A stretch of 64,000 nucleotides of DNA from Elusimicrobiota bacterium (GTDB lineage Bacteria; Elusimicrobiota; Elusimicrobia; UBA1565; UBA9628). The position numbers and the translations under genes are program-made. The notes below the pieces were generated by a model that had not been told where the DNA came from, did not search any database, and saw only the letters and a program-made list of their open reading frames with translations. The DNA is taken from assembly GCA_027451985.1 (NCBI GenBank), contig DAIDHS010000014.1:1748-65747 (forward strand), read 5' to 3'. The first letter of the stretch is position 1. The number at the start of each line of letters is the position of its first letter. Shown in pieces: positions 1 to 9,902 of the stretch.

Positions 1-37
1 TTTTTGGAGGCGCGGTTAAATTCAAAAGAACAAAGCA

Positions 38-1732
38 TCAATGGTAATTTTCAAGCCGTAAAGCGCCGGCCAAATTCTTGGCCGCATTCGGATAGTTCGG
101 CTCCAAACGCAATGCCTCGCGGAATTGCGCGATGGCGCCATTTAAGTCTCTCCGCTCAACCATCACTAGGCCCATGGTATTATGGGCAACCGCGTTGGCA
201 GATTCCCCCGCCAAAACTACTTGCAGATACTCGTCCGCATCTTCCGGATGATTATCTGCGACATCGCGCAAAGCGAGATTCAGGAACCCTTGGAAATATT
301 GAGGGTGGAGCCGAGCTGCTTCTAAGTAATACCGAACGGCATCGGATTTCCTCCCGTTTTTATCCATGACCGTTCCCAAGATGTAGCTTACCAAGGGTTG
401 ATTGGGATACGCCAAACGCGCATACTGCCAGAGAGTGATCTCGTCATGCCATATCTCGCTCTGCCTCCATGTAAGCAACCCCAAAACCGAAAGAATAACC
501 ACCGTTCCCGCAAGCCAGATGCTCTTTAGACTCGAGGCGTTTTTTAATAATTTCAAAAGGCCGGCCCCAAGCGCCAAGGCGATTCCCAAAGATGGAAGAT
601 AGGTGTAACGATTCGCTACAAGCTCCTGCCCGAATTTCACTAAACCAATGACCGGCAGCAGCGCAACGATGAAATACGCCCATGCGGCCACTAAGATGGG
701 ACGAGTTCTTACCTTCCCCAGCAAGAACGTCGTAACTCCAAGAGTAAAAAGCGCTCCTATGATAAATTTCAACTTCCACGGATTAAACGGCTCCGGCATT
801 TCATAGAGCGGCACCAGACCAATGGGAAGGAATGTTTTAGAAACGTAGAAAGCGATGCTGTAGAGCGCCAGCATCCCACGGTCCAAAAAGCCGAGATTGC
901 CGATAGTCTCTACTCCCCCGAATTTTAACTGCCCGATAAGGCCAATGAATCCGATAATGCCGGCCGGGATTAGGAAGAGCATCTTTTCAAACCAGATCCC
1001 GCAGTACTTTCTCTCAAACCATTCATTAGGTGAGGAAGGCAGACGCTTCAAGGGATACAAATCCAGAATTAATAAAACGGCGGGGAAAATAATCGCAATG
1101 CCTTTAGACAACAGGGCCATCAGATACACGGCCCAACAGGTTCCAAAGAGAAGGCGTTTTATCCCCTTGGATTGTGCACCACAATAATTAAGATAGAGTA
1201 AAATGGCGCCAAGATAGAATAAGCCGCATAACACATCGCGGCGCTCGGTAATCCAAGCGACGGATTGCACTCGGAGAGGATGGATAGAAAAGAAAAGCGC
1301 CGCGAATGCGGCGGCGAAAATCGCCGTTTTTTCCCGGCTCTCTCCTAAACGGAAGAGGCGCAAGCAGATTAAATAGAACAAAGAAGCGTTGATCGCATGA
1401 ATGGCGATATTGACGAAATGATATCCCGCCGGATTCAGACCCCAGAAACGATAATCGCATGCGTAACTAAGCCAAGTCAAAGGCTGATATGGGCCATCCT
1501 TGAGCGTGGTAAACATCCAGGAAAGATGCGCCCAACTGAACCCCCTAAATCCTTGCGTTTCAAGCAAGTTCGCCGTATCGTCCCAAACAAAACCGCCTCG
1601 AAGAGCCGGAATGAACACGATGAAAGTTACAATAGAAACGACCAGCGCGCTGGACGCCTCAAAGGAGCATGTCTGCGTCCATAGTTTTCGGTTAGCTTCC
1701 TCGCCACTAGACTTTTTACCGTTTCTACTCAT
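38..1732 (-). CDS. TMTC-like polytopic membrane protein with C-terminal TPR repeats (putative GT39-like glycosyltransferase)
   Basis: 564 aa. Many hydrophobic helices at the N-terminus, and a C-terminal TPR-like region (YYLEAARLHPQYFQGFLNLA..., FREALRLEPNYPNAAKNLAG). Antisense ORFs 4..369 and 402..602 are rejected. Confidence 0.55.
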   Translation of the reverse strand: MSRNGKKSSGEEANRKLWTQTCSFEASSALVVSIVTFIVFIPALRGGFVWDDTANLLETQGFRGFSWAHLSWMFTTLKDGPYQPLTWLSYACDYRFWGLNPAGYHFVNIAIHAINASLFYLICLRLFRLGESREKTAIFAAAFAALFFSIHPLRVQSVAWITERRDVLCGLFYLGAILLYLNYCGAQSKGIKRLLFGTCWAVYLMALLSKGIAIIFPAVLLILDLYPLKRLPSSPNEWFERKYCGIWFEKMLFLIPAGIIGFIGLIGQLKFGGVETIGNLGFLDRGMLALYSIAFYVSKTFLPIGLVPLYEMPEPFNPWKLKFIIGALFTLGVTTFLLGKVRTRPILVAAWAYFIVALLPVIGLVKFGQELVANRYTYLPSLGIALALGAGLLKLLKNASSLKSIWLAGTVVILSVLGLLTWRQSEIWHDEITLWQYARLAYPNQPLVSYILGTVMDKNGRKSDAVRYYLEAARLHPQYFQGFLNLALRDVADNHPEDADEYLQVVLAGESANAVAHNTMGLVMVERRDLNGAIAQFREALRLEPNYPNAAKNLAGALRLENYH

Positions 1733-1742
1733 ACCCTTTTGC

Positions 1743-2504
1743 TTATCCTTTCAGTCGCTCGTTCAAGAAGCCCGTGAGCGCGGACCAGACGCGCTCGCGG
1801 TCTTCGGGCGCCATGGACGCGAAGTCCATCGTGAGTACCGAGTGGCCGTGGCCTTCGACCTCCACGGGCTTGAAGCGCTCGCCGAAGCTCTCGCGCAGGG
1901 TCTCAAAGCGCTCCTTGCGGCAGAGCGGGTCGCCGATGAAGCGAAAGCCTAGCACCGGAATGTTTTCGGCCTTGGAGCGTGCGGCGGCATGGTTCCACTC
2001 CGCGCTGGGGATGCCCATGGCCGAATGGGAGTAGGACGACGCGGGTTGGCTTAGGACCGGCGCGATCATCTCGGGCTCCATCATCAAGCTTAACGCGAAG
2101 CGCCCGGTGAAACACATACCGATGGCGCCCACGCCGCGGCCGCCACGCTCAGCGTAGGCTTGGCGCGCCAGGGCGCGCAGCCAATCCGCGGCCGGGCTTT
2201 TCCCGCGCGTGCTGAGCACGCTGAATTCCCGCCATACGCAGGGCCACAAGAGCGGCGCCATGCCGTAGTTCTTGTCTGGCTCGCCGAACAAGAGCGGCAT
2301 GTAAATCGTGAAGCCCTCGTCAGCCAAGCGCCGCGCCAGTTCGATGCACTCGGGTGACATGCCCGGCAACTCGTGGATGAGCACCACGGCAGGACCACTG
2401 CCGCGCCGGTAGACCCGCGCCGCTCTGCCGCCGGCGCGGTCTTCACGTCCAGTGTCGAAGTCGAAGCTCTCGAATCCGTCTAGGTCCGAGGGCACGGCTG
2501 CCAT
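1743..2504 (-). CDS. dienelactone hydrolase family alpha/beta hydrolase
   Basis: 253 aa. Nucleophile elbow GMCFTGRF, the VVLIHELPGMSP start and a C-terminal His region are typical of the DLH family. Confidence 0.65.
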   Translation of the reverse strand: MAAVPSDLDGFESFDFDTGREDRAGGRAARVYRRGSGPAVVLIHELPGMSPECIELARRLADEGFTIYMPLLFGEPDKNYGMAPLLWPCVWREFSVLSTRGKSPAADWLRALARQAYAERGGRGVGAIGMCFTGRFALSLMMEPEMIAPVLSQPASSYSHSAMGIPSAEWNHAAARSKAENIPVLGFRFIGDPLCRKERFETLRESFGERFKPVEVEGHGHSVLTMDFASMAPEDRERVWSALTGFLNERLKG

Positions 2505-2509
2505 GAGGT

Positions 2510-2965
2510 TTACTTCAGTCTCTTCTCAAAGATGTAAGACGCCTTGACCTTCTCGTAGCCCTCACGCTCGTAGAACTTGTGAGCGCGCCGGCGGACGACG
2601 CGCGAACTAAAGCGCAGGCGCGTGTAGCCGCGCTTTAACGTCCACGCCTCGGCCGCGGCCAGCAAAAGTTTCCCCACCCCTTTCCCGCGCCAGACCTCGC
2701 CGACCACCAAGCCGCCCAAATACATGCCCGGCTCCGATTCCAGAAGCGGAAACGGAAAGACATGAATCCAGCCCACGACCGCGCCTCCCGAGACACGAGG
2801 CGCCTGCGCGGCGAAAACTGCGTGGCCGGAATGTCTTTCAATGAGCGCGAGGCGCCGGGCCAGCGCCTGGGGCTTCGTAGGATAACCCAGTTCTCCGGCG
2901 AGCTTGGCCGCTGCTTTGGCGTCAGAGAGGCGCAACCGGCGGATTTTGATCGGGTTTCCAGTCAA
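2510..2965 (-). CDS. GNAT family N-acetyltransferase (start uncertain, TTG assumed)
   Basis: The C-terminal 150 aa of ORF 2510..3214 carry the GNAT core (LVVGEVWRGKGVGKLLL, FYEREGY). The N-terminal extension overlaps gene 2977..4284 in another frame, so the start was trimmed to the TTG of LTGNPIKIRR. Confidence 0.5.
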   Translation of the reverse strand: MTGNPIKIRRLRLSDAKAAAKLAGELGYPTKPQALARRLALIERHSGHAVFAAQAPRVSGGAVVGWIHVFPFPLLESEPGMYLGGLVVGEVWRGKGVGKLLLAAAEAWTLKRGYTRLRFSSRVVRRRAHKFYEREGYEKVKASYIFEKRLK

Positions 2966-2976
2966 AGGAAGGCCGG

Positions 2977-4284
2977 TTATTCGATGGCCGGGCGCGCGGG
3001 GACGACTGCGTTGGCGCTCAAGACTTGCCCGAAGCCGTGGCGCCCCGCGATGGCCTCGTAAACGAAGTTGGAGATCTGGCGGATGACGTTGCCGCGGCGG
3101 TTCATCCATCTGAAATAGGGGTAGGCGCGTCGGGACTTCTGGATGATGCCGACCACGATGTAGGGGTACTCCTGCCCTTCGTGGCGGATGACCAGAATGC
3201 CCATGTCCCCGCACAGGCGGCTGGTGGTGCCGGTCTTGTCGAAGACCTCCGTGCTGGGCGGCAACTCGGCGGTGAAGAGCCGGTTGGGCTTGGGCAGGCT
3301 CATCAAGCGCAGAAGCTCGTCCGAGAACGGCAGCTGTTTGTTCCAGAGGGCATAGAGGAAGCGGCTGTAGTCATGGGCCGAGGCCTTGTTGCGGTAGGTC
3401 CGTCCGCTGTAGGGAATGTACTCAACCAAGTGCAGATTCTGCAGAAGACCGCCGTAGTTCTTCTTCAAAAGGCGCTGGACCGCCGCGGGGCCGCCCATCT
3501 TGCGCAGGAAATAATCGGCCGCCGCGTTGTCGGAGTCCTGAATCATCGCCGCCATGCGTCGACGAGCGTAGGGCGTGTAGCTCAGCCGTCCCTCACTGAC
3601 TTCCTTAAAGAAAGCCAGCGCGATGAAGGGCTTGATGAGGCTCGCGGTCTCCATCGGCTCGTCCTCGTTGATGCTGACCAAGGGCGTATTGGAGGTCAAA
3701 TCGTAGACGGACCAAGCCGTGCTCTCGTTGCCCTTGATGGCGCCGATGCGGCGCAGCCGCTCAATGTAGGAGTCGATCTCGGTCGAAAGGCTTGAGGGCT
3801 CCTGCAGGATTTTAACCGCGACGGGCTGGGCAGCGGCAGCGAGCTTGGCGCGGGAAGGCAAAACGCGCCGCCGACGGGCGATCCGACGGGCGCGCGTATG
3901 CCTGCGCGGAACCACCACGGGTTCCCACGGCCGAACCTCGATAATGGAGGCGGGGTAGAGCCCATAACGCGTCAGGAGGTTCGAATGCCGGTGCGCGGTC
4001 TTTGCCGCGGAGCGCATGTAGCCGCGGCGCCGATAAATGAGCCCGTAGTTTGGACCCCACTTGACCACCGCCAAGTGCCGCACGAAGCGCCGCCCAAACA
4101 CATGGCTCATTTGCCTCCGGTAAGCCATAATGCTGGGCAATTCCGCGGACCAGCGGTAGGAAATGTCGTAGAGCGGCCGAGGCTCTTGGGCTAAAGCCGG
4201 GCGCGGCAAAAGCGCCCAAGACAGAACAACCGCCACGGCCGCGCTTGCCGCGACGCCGCCCCATTTTCTCAACGCATGCGCCAT
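2977..4284 (-). CDS. class A beta-lactamase-related serine hydrolase with N-terminal signal peptide and extension
   Basis: 435 aa. Motifs S-x-x-K (ETASLIKP), SDN (QDSDNAA) and KTG (DKTGTT) are in class A order and spacing. N-terminal signal MAHALRKWGGVAASAAVAVVLSWALLPRPALA. Confidence 0.65.
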   Translation of the reverse strand: MAHALRKWGGVAASAAVAVVLSWALLPRPALAQEPRPLYDISYRWSAELPSIMAYRRQMSHVFGRRFVRHLAVVKWGPNYGLIYRRRGYMRSAAKTAHRHSNLLTRYGLYPASIIEVRPWEPVVVPRRHTRARRIARRRRVLPSRAKLAAAAQPVAVKILQEPSSLSTEIDSYIERLRRIGAIKGNESTAWSVYDLTSNTPLVSINEDEPMETASLIKPFIALAFFKEVSEGRLSYTPYARRRMAAMIQDSDNAAADYFLRKMGGPAAVQRLLKKNYGGLLQNLHLVEYIPYSGRTYRNKASAHDYSRFLYALWNKQLPFSDELLRLMSLPKPNRLFTAELPPSTEVFDKTGTTSRLCGDMGILVIRHEGQEYPYIVVGIIQKSRRAYPYFRWMNRRGNVIRQISNFVYEAIAGRHGFGQVLSANAVVPARPAIE

Positions 4285-4322
4285 AGACTCTATATTTTTA
4301 GACTAAATTTACGGATTTTTCA

Positions 4323-4350
4323 AGGGGGCGGAGGTTAAAACCCCCGCCCC
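4323..4350 (-). terminator. candidate rho-independent terminator after cysteine protease gene
   Basis: GC hairpin gggggcgg..ccgccccc, then an A/T-rich run on the minus strand (ttgaaaaatccgtaaattt). A second small hairpin aagcggcagagccgctt lies at 4362-4377. Confidence 0.35.
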
Positions 4351-4385
4351 CATTTAAAAGCAAGCGGCAGAGCCGCTTTCCCTAA

Positions 4386-5381
4386 TTATTTAAAGACAAA
4401 ATAAGCGGCTTCCTCAGCCACGTCGTTGCAACGCTGGCCCTGGGCGTCGGTCATCTTGGAGAGCATGTAGCCGTTCATGCCCCAGGACGTGCCCCAGCTG
4501 TTGCGCAGGATCCAGACGCCTTTACCCGGAGGCAGGTTGCCATTCTTGCCGAACTTAGCCCCCTGGTTATCCCAGCCCACGATGTTGATCATGTGATCGA
4601 TCTGCCCCATCTTGCAGCCGTTGTAGACACCGCTCTGGTAGTTTTCCCAGTCGCCCGTAGCGGCCGCCACGTCGACCGAAACCGGCTTGCCGCTCTTGGT
4701 CATATAGGCCTCGATATCCCGCTCGCTCGGACTGTGCCCCGGCTTGCCCAGCATGTGCCACGCTTTGATGCGCATGACCGGTCCCTGGGGCTTGGCCGGG
4801 CATTGGCCGGCGCCTTCCTGGTAGAAACAGCGGCCCTGCGGGTCTGAGCCGGCCAAGGGCTGGCCCGGGTGGATGAAGTCGTTAGCCGAGTCGAAGTCGC
4901 CGCCGTTGCAGCCGTCGGCCTCGGGAGAGTTGTCCACGAGCCACTCCTGGGAAAGATCCCCGGGGTCCTTGCCGTCGGCGATCGCGTGCCCGTCGCGGTT
5001 GGTCGCGGTCAGGCTGAAGGCCCAGCAGGATCCGCACTGGCCCTGGTCCTGGATGGGAGTGAGCTCGGGGCGGAGATCAAAGGTATTGGGAATGGGAAGA
5101 GACATGCGCTGGGCAGAAACGGAGGCGGATTCCCAGTCGGACTTGGGCAGGGATTTATGGATAAACCCCGTCTCATGGATGGACTCGTACGGAGCGATCG
5201 TGTAGGTCTTCACGACGCTTGAGGAGAACTTCTTGCTCTGCGCCTCCTTCCCGAACGATCTGACGACGGAATTTACGCCCGTTCCCTGATCGAAATTAAC
5301 CTGGGTCTTGTCCGAAGCGAAGCTTTGGGCGCCGGCGATGAAGACGCAAGCGAAAGCCAAGACGAGGCATCTTTTAATCAT
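4386..5381 (-). CDS. secreted papain-family (C1A) cysteine peptidase
   Basis: 331 aa with signal peptide MIKRCLVLAFACVFIAGAQS. Catalytic motifs QGQCGSCWAFS (Cys), DHMINIVGWD (His), NSWGTSWGMNGY (Asn/Trp). Confidence 0.8.
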   Translation of the reverse strand: MIKRCLVLAFACVFIAGAQSFASDKTQVNFDQGTGVNSVVRSFGKEAQSKKFSSSVVKTYTIAPYESIHETGFIHKSLPKSDWESASVSAQRMSLPIPNTFDLRPELTPIQDQGQCGSCWAFSLTATNRDGHAIADGKDPGDLSQEWLVDNSPEADGCNGGDFDSANDFIHPGQPLAGSDPQGRCFYQEGAGQCPAKPQGPVMRIKAWHMLGKPGHSPSERDIEAYMTKSGKPVSVDVAAATGDWENYQSGVYNGCKMGQIDHMINIVGWDNQGAKFGKNGNLPPGKGVWILRNSWGTSWGMNGYMLSKMTDAQGQRCNDVAEEAAYFVFK

Positions 5382-5499
5382 AACCCTCTCCTGTGCGCAA
5401 GTTCGGCCGCAAGGCGACCGCTACTTTACGGCTCGGAAAAGCCTAGCGATTATGGCGGCGGGAATGCAAGGTCCGGGCGCGGCCAGGACCGCGGAACCT

Positions 5500-7152
5500 C
5501 TACTTGACGTCCTTGAGGTCCGCCATGTACTTCTGCGCGATGGTGCCGACCGCCAAGCGATAGTTGATCTCGGCCTGGGCCAGCGCGAGCGCGACGCCGT
5601 TGAGGCTTTGCTGCGCCTGCAGGGCCAAGTCTTGAGACTGCAGCACGCGGAAGGAATCGCTCAGGCCCAGACGCAGCCGTGCTTGCTCCTGCTCGAACTG
5701 CAGCCAGGACAGCCGCGCCGCAGCCTGGGCCACTTGGTAGCGCAAAGACTCGGTCTCAACGCCGCGCACGGCCGAGCGCACATCGAAGCGTACGGTGTTC
5801 TCCGTCCCTTGCAGCGCAAGTTCAGCCTGCTCCCGCGCGGCCTTGGCGGCGCGGTACTTGTCGATGTAGATGCGGTCACCGATGGGAATACTGAAGGCCC
5901 CCCCCACCGACCAAGCGTGGTCGCGGCCGTGCAGGGCGCCGGTAATGGCGTCGTTGAGCGCGCCCGGATCGCCGCTTTGGTTGCTGCCGCCGCTGGCCAA
6001 GGTGCCGGTGAAGTCAAGCTGAGGCAGAAGCGCGTTCCTGGCTTGGGCCAGGAAGGCGTTCTGCTCCGCCAGCACGCTGCGGGCCTGAGCGACGTCGGGG
6101 CGGAGCTTGAGCGCCATGGCCACGGCCTGAGAAAGCGGCGGCAACGTCGGAGCGGCCGCGGGCGCGCCGGTGGCTGTACCGATGGTGTAGCGCTCGTTAT
6201 CGAGCAGTTCCTGCACCTGCGCGCCGTAACAAAGGAAAATCAGATTATCCGCGTCGTCCTCACGGGTGCGCACGGCCTCCAAATAGGAGGTGCGCAGGAT
6301 TTCCACCTGCTCCTCCGAGGTCAGCGCGTCGTGCGCGGAGAGCAGGTTCAACTTGTTGAGCTCCTGGTTCTGGCGCATGATTTTTTCCGCGATGCGCAGG
6401 GACTTGAGCGTCACGGCCTCATTGCTCTCGTCTTGCCGAAGCGTCCAATAGCCGCTCTCGACCGCGGCCACCGTTTGCTGCAAAATGCGTTTGGACGCGG
6501 CCAGAGCCGCGTCGCCGCCCTCCTGCGCGATTTTGGCCGCGGCGAAAGCGGCGCTGCGCCCGAAACCCCGCAAAAGCGGCTGGGTGACGTCCAAGATGAC
6601 GCTTGAGTTGAACAGCGGCTGCGTGGGGGCGATCGAGTTCTCCTGCGTGCGCTGATTCTGCGCCGAAATGGAGAGCAGCGTGCCGATGGTGGTGTTTTTG
6701 TCGATTTTGAAAGTGGTGGTCTGGGAGTTGCTGTAGCTTTCCGCCGGAATCACGCCCGGCGTGTAAACGACGTGCTGGCCGATGTGGCTCTGCGAATAAT
6801 CGGCGCTGAAAACCGGATCGAAGGCGGCGACGTTCGCCTTGGCCCCGTAGCGCGCGTTGGCCAGGGCCGCCTCCGAGGCCAGGAAGCTCAGGTTGCGCGC
6901 GACCGCGACCTGGACCAGCGTCTCAAGCGGCACGCGCACGATAGTTTCATCGACGGTAAAGCGCGTCACCACGTCCGCGGTCGAAACCACCATCGCCGCG
7001 GCCTCCGCGGACAAGGTCGAGACGCTCAAGGCCGCGGATGGCGGCGCAGGAACTTTGGCCGCCGACCTGGCTGCGCGGGCTTGTCCGGGCGCGGCGCAAA
7101 GCAGAAGAGCCGCCGCAGCAATCAGAGCCTGAAGCTTCCCCCTCATGCTCAA
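5500..7152 (-). CDS. TolC-family outer membrane efflux protein
   Basis: 550 aa with signal peptide. Two-repeat coiled-coil/beta architecture, Ala/Gln/Leu-rich helical repeats, and a C-terminus typical of OEP family. ATGA overlap with the upstream ABC gene. Confidence 0.75.
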   Translation of the reverse strand: MSMRGKLQALIAAAALLLCAAPGQARAARSAAKVPAPPSAALSVSTLSAEAAAMVVSTADVVTRFTVDETIVRVPLETLVQVAVARNLSFLASEAALANARYGAKANVAAFDPVFSADYSQSHIGQHVVYTPGVIPAESYSNSQTTTFKIDKNTTIGTLLSISAQNQRTQENSIAPTQPLFNSSVILDVTQPLLRGFGRSAAFAAAKIAQEGGDAALAASKRILQQTVAAVESGYWTLRQDESNEAVTLKSLRIAEKIMRQNQELNKLNLLSAHDALTSEEQVEILRTSYLEAVRTREDDADNLIFLCYGAQVQELLDNERYTIGTATGAPAAAPTLPPLSQAVAMALKLRPDVAQARSVLAEQNAFLAQARNALLPQLDFTGTLASGGSNQSGDPGALNDAITGALHGRDHAWSVGGAFSIPIGDRIYIDKYRAAKAAREQAELALQGTENTVRFDVRSAVRGVETESLRYQVAQAAARLSWLQFEQEQARLRLGLSDSFRVLQSQDLALQAQQSLNGVALALAQAEINYRLAVGTIAQKYMADLKDVK

Positions 7153-9902
7153 GCCATCTGCCTCGATATGAGATCTTTAAAAAGGCCGGGCGTGTCGGCC
7201 AACGCGTCGAAAGTCCCTTCCTGCGCGATGCGGCCCTTATCGAGGACGATGACTCGATCAGCGTTGCGAATCGTGCTCAAGCGGTGCGCGATGACCACGC
7301 GCGTGACGTGCAAGGCATCCAGGCTCTTGGTCACCACTTCCTGCGTGGTGTTGTCCAGCGCGCTGGTGGCCTCGTCGAAATAAATCTTCTTGGGGCGCCG
7401 AGCCAAGGCTCGGGCGATCAAGAGGCGCTGGCGCTGGCCGCCCGACAAGGTCGAGGCGCCTTCGCTGATCAAGGTGAACATGCCCATGGGCATGTCGCGG
7501 ATGTCCTGCGCCACGCCGGCCAGCTCCGCCGCGGCCCAGGCGTCCTCCACACTCAAGGGCAGGCTGCCCACGATGTTGCGGTAGATGTCCCCGGCTAAGA
7601 GCCGGCCGTTTTGCAGCACCACGCCGATTTGCCGGCGGACTGAGCCGGCGTCGACTTTGGAAAGGTCCTGCCCGTCGTAATAAATGGATCCGATTTCGGG
7701 CGTCTCAAATCCCAGCAGAAGCCGCAGGATGGTCGACTTGCCCGATCCGGAGGGCCCCACCAGCGCCACGAACTCTCCGGGCTCGACGCGGAAGGACACG
7801 TCGTCAAGGACCTTGGGGCCGTCCGGGCGGTAGCGGAAGCTGACGTGGTTGACTTCTAGGCGCCCGCTCAAGGCCTTCGAGGCGGGCTTGGCCGAGTCCG
7901 CCTCTGGCAGCGTCTCCATGATGGGCTTGGCGTTTTTCCAGATGGGGATGACGTTCAAAATCGAAAAGGCCGTGCCGCTCAGGGAGATGCCGGCGTTTAA
8001 GAAGACCGTGAAAGCCGCCATGAAGGCGACAAAATCGCCCACCGAGAGCTTCAGGGGCGTCCCGCCGGCGGCCGGATGCATCTTCATATGCACCAACCAA
8101 AAGATTGCCGCGCTGGTGAACACCGGAATCATTGCGTTGAAGACCTGAATGAGATTGTCGTAGGCGTTGGCGGCGAAGGTGAGCTTGGTCGACTCGGCGT
8201 AGGACTTGCTCCACACCGCGAAGCCCCGGCGCTCGGCCGCGGCCACGCGGAGCTTTGAGATGCCGCCCAAAAGCTGGAAGACCAGCCCGGAAATCTTGTT
8301 GTCGAGGGCGGTGAGCTTGTAGCGCAGGCGCAGGGACATCCACAGACAGGCGCTATAGACCGCGACCGCGGCGGCCAGCATGCCGCAGGCGTAGAGCGCC
8401 AGGCCGGAGTCGTAGTAGAAAAGCAGGAAGAGGTTCAAGGCCGCGTGCAGGCTGTTGAGTACCGTCGTCATGACACTGCCGCTTAAGATCTGCTGGATGG
8501 AATTGACCGCGTTGGCGCGCTCGGCCAGTTCTCCCACGCTGTAGTCGCGAAAAAAAGGCACTGGCAGGCGCAAGAGCCTGTCCCAAAGCGCGGCCTGAAC
8601 CTCACCGTTGTACCTGCCGTTAATGCGCATCATGGCCACGCTTTGCGTCAGGCCGAAGAAAGCCGTAGCCAGCGCCGCCGCAACCAGGGCCAGCGTGTAC
8701 TGCATTAGGGCGCCGTACTCGGTGTTGGGGATGACCGTGTCGAAGAGCTTGCCCGTGACCCACGGGGCGGCCAGCCCCAGGACGGCGCCTGCTCCGGCCA
8801 TGAGTGCCAGCATCAGGAGATCGCCGCGCACTTCCTTGGCCACGAAACCCGCCACGTCCCGAAAGCGCACGACGGAATCCGGGAAGGGGCGGTAGAAGAC
8901 ATAGCCGAACGGCGAAAGGGAGCGCGCGGCCGCGGCGTCCACCGGGCGCCGCGAACCGTCCTCAGGATTAAAAATCTCGTAGGAGCCGGGCTTGACCGGC
9001 AGCAGGGCCACGGGCGGCCCGCAGAAATCACCATCGGGAGACGGCGGAGCGCCTAGCGCGGGAGCCGCCTCATCCGCGGGTTTTTCCGGAGCGGGCCCGC
9101 CCAAAGAGGCCAGAATAGGCCCGCAGTCGCTCTTCCACCAAGCCCCGCGCAAGGCGATGCGGCGCGAGCGCACGCGTGAGGCTTGACAGACGGCATCCAA
9201 GTAAAATCGGGGCGCGGGGTAGTCCGCGCGCCCGCCGGGATGAGAAAATTCGACGCCCATGGCTTCGCCCACCGCCAGCATGGCGCCGAAGAAGTGGTCG
9301 TCTTCGGGCGCGGCCAAGGCCGCGCCGGCCTTGGGCTCGATGATGCGGGCGAGGCGATTTAAGGCTGCGCGGTAAGCGCGCTCATCCGAAGCCTTGCGCC
9401 GCTCCAGACGTTTGGCGTCCTCAGCTTCGCCTTTTTCGGCCAAGTCCGCCAGGCGTTCCATCAATCCGTCTTGCAGGCTTAAAACCTGATCCAGAGCGGC
9501 CTCCTCCTCCGCGACCTTCGCGTCAGCCGATCCTGTCGGAGAGAAAGCGTCCGCCATGATTTGAAGGTAGAGTCTAAAATCCGCCGCGGCGCCCGCCGTC
9601 CCGGCGAACTCGCGCGCGTCTTGGCGGCGCACGGAGGCGCCCTGCCGCCCGACCGCGAGCAGGCTAAAGCCGCGCCGCGGCGGGGCACCCGCAAAAATAC
9701 GCCCGGCCGGAGCGGTGAAAACGTGCCGCCGCGGCCCCACAGGAACGCCGTTTTGGGCGCGCACGGCAAAGACGTCGACCTGGCCCGATTCGACCTTGTA
9801 AATCCAGCGCGCGTCGTCCAAGATGAGCGGGTGGTTGCCGGACAAAGACATTGCGGCCTGGGCTTCGTAGCTCATCTTATTGGCCCCCGGCCAAGCGAGC
9901 AT
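7149..9902 (-). CDS. NHLM-type bacteriocin export ABC transporter (permease+ATPase) with N-terminal cNMP-binding-like domain
   Basis: 917 aa. N-terminal beta-roll domain (ILDDARWIYKVESGQVDVFAV), six-helix permease domain, Walker A GPSGSGKST, signature LSGGQRQR, Walker B IYFDEATSALD. Confidence 0.8.
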   Translation of the reverse strand: MLAWPGANKMSYEAQAAMSLSGNHPLILDDARWIYKVESGQVDVFAVRAQNGVPVGPRRHVFTAPAGRIFAGAPPRRGFSLLAVGRQGASVRRQDAREFAGTAGAAADFRLYLQIMADAFSPTGSADAKVAEEEAALDQVLSLQDGLMERLADLAEKGEAEDAKRLERRKASDERAYRAALNRLARIIEPKAGAALAAPEDDHFFGAMLAVGEAMGVEFSHPGGRADYPAPRFYLDAVCQASRVRSRRIALRGAWWKSDCGPILASLGGPAPEKPADEAAPALGAPPSPDGDFCGPPVALLPVKPGSYEIFNPEDGSRRPVDAAAARSLSPFGYVFYRPFPDSVVRFRDVAGFVAKEVRGDLLMLALMAGAGAVLGLAAPWVTGKLFDTVIPNTEYGALMQYTLALVAAALATAFFGLTQSVAMMRINGRYNGEVQAALWDRLLRLPVPFFRDYSVGELAERANAVNSIQQILSGSVMTTVLNSLHAALNLFLLFYYDSGLALYACGMLAAAVAVYSACLWMSLRLRYKLTALDNKISGLVFQLLGGISKLRVAAAERRGFAVWSKSYAESTKLTFAANAYDNLIQVFNAMIPVFTSAAIFWLVHMKMHPAAGGTPLKLSVGDFVAFMAAFTVFLNAGISLSGTAFSILNVIPIWKNAKPIMETLPEADSAKPASKALSGRLEVNHVSFRYRPDGPKVLDDVSFRVEPGEFVALVGPSGSGKSTILRLLLGFETPEIGSIYYDGQDLSKVDAGSVRRQIGVVLQNGRLLAGDIYRNIVGSLPLSVEDAWAAAELAGVAQDIRDMPMGMFTLISEGASTLSGGQRQRLLIARALARRPKKIYFDEATSALDNTTQEVVTKSLDALHVTRVVIAHRLSTIRNADRVIVLDKGRIAQEGTFDALADTPGLFKDLISRQMA

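Noticed and set aside
5308-6606. 432-aa ORF on the plus strand
   Set aside because: It is antisense to the TolC gene, Arg/Ala/Gly-rich and low complexity, as expected for GC-rich antisense frames.
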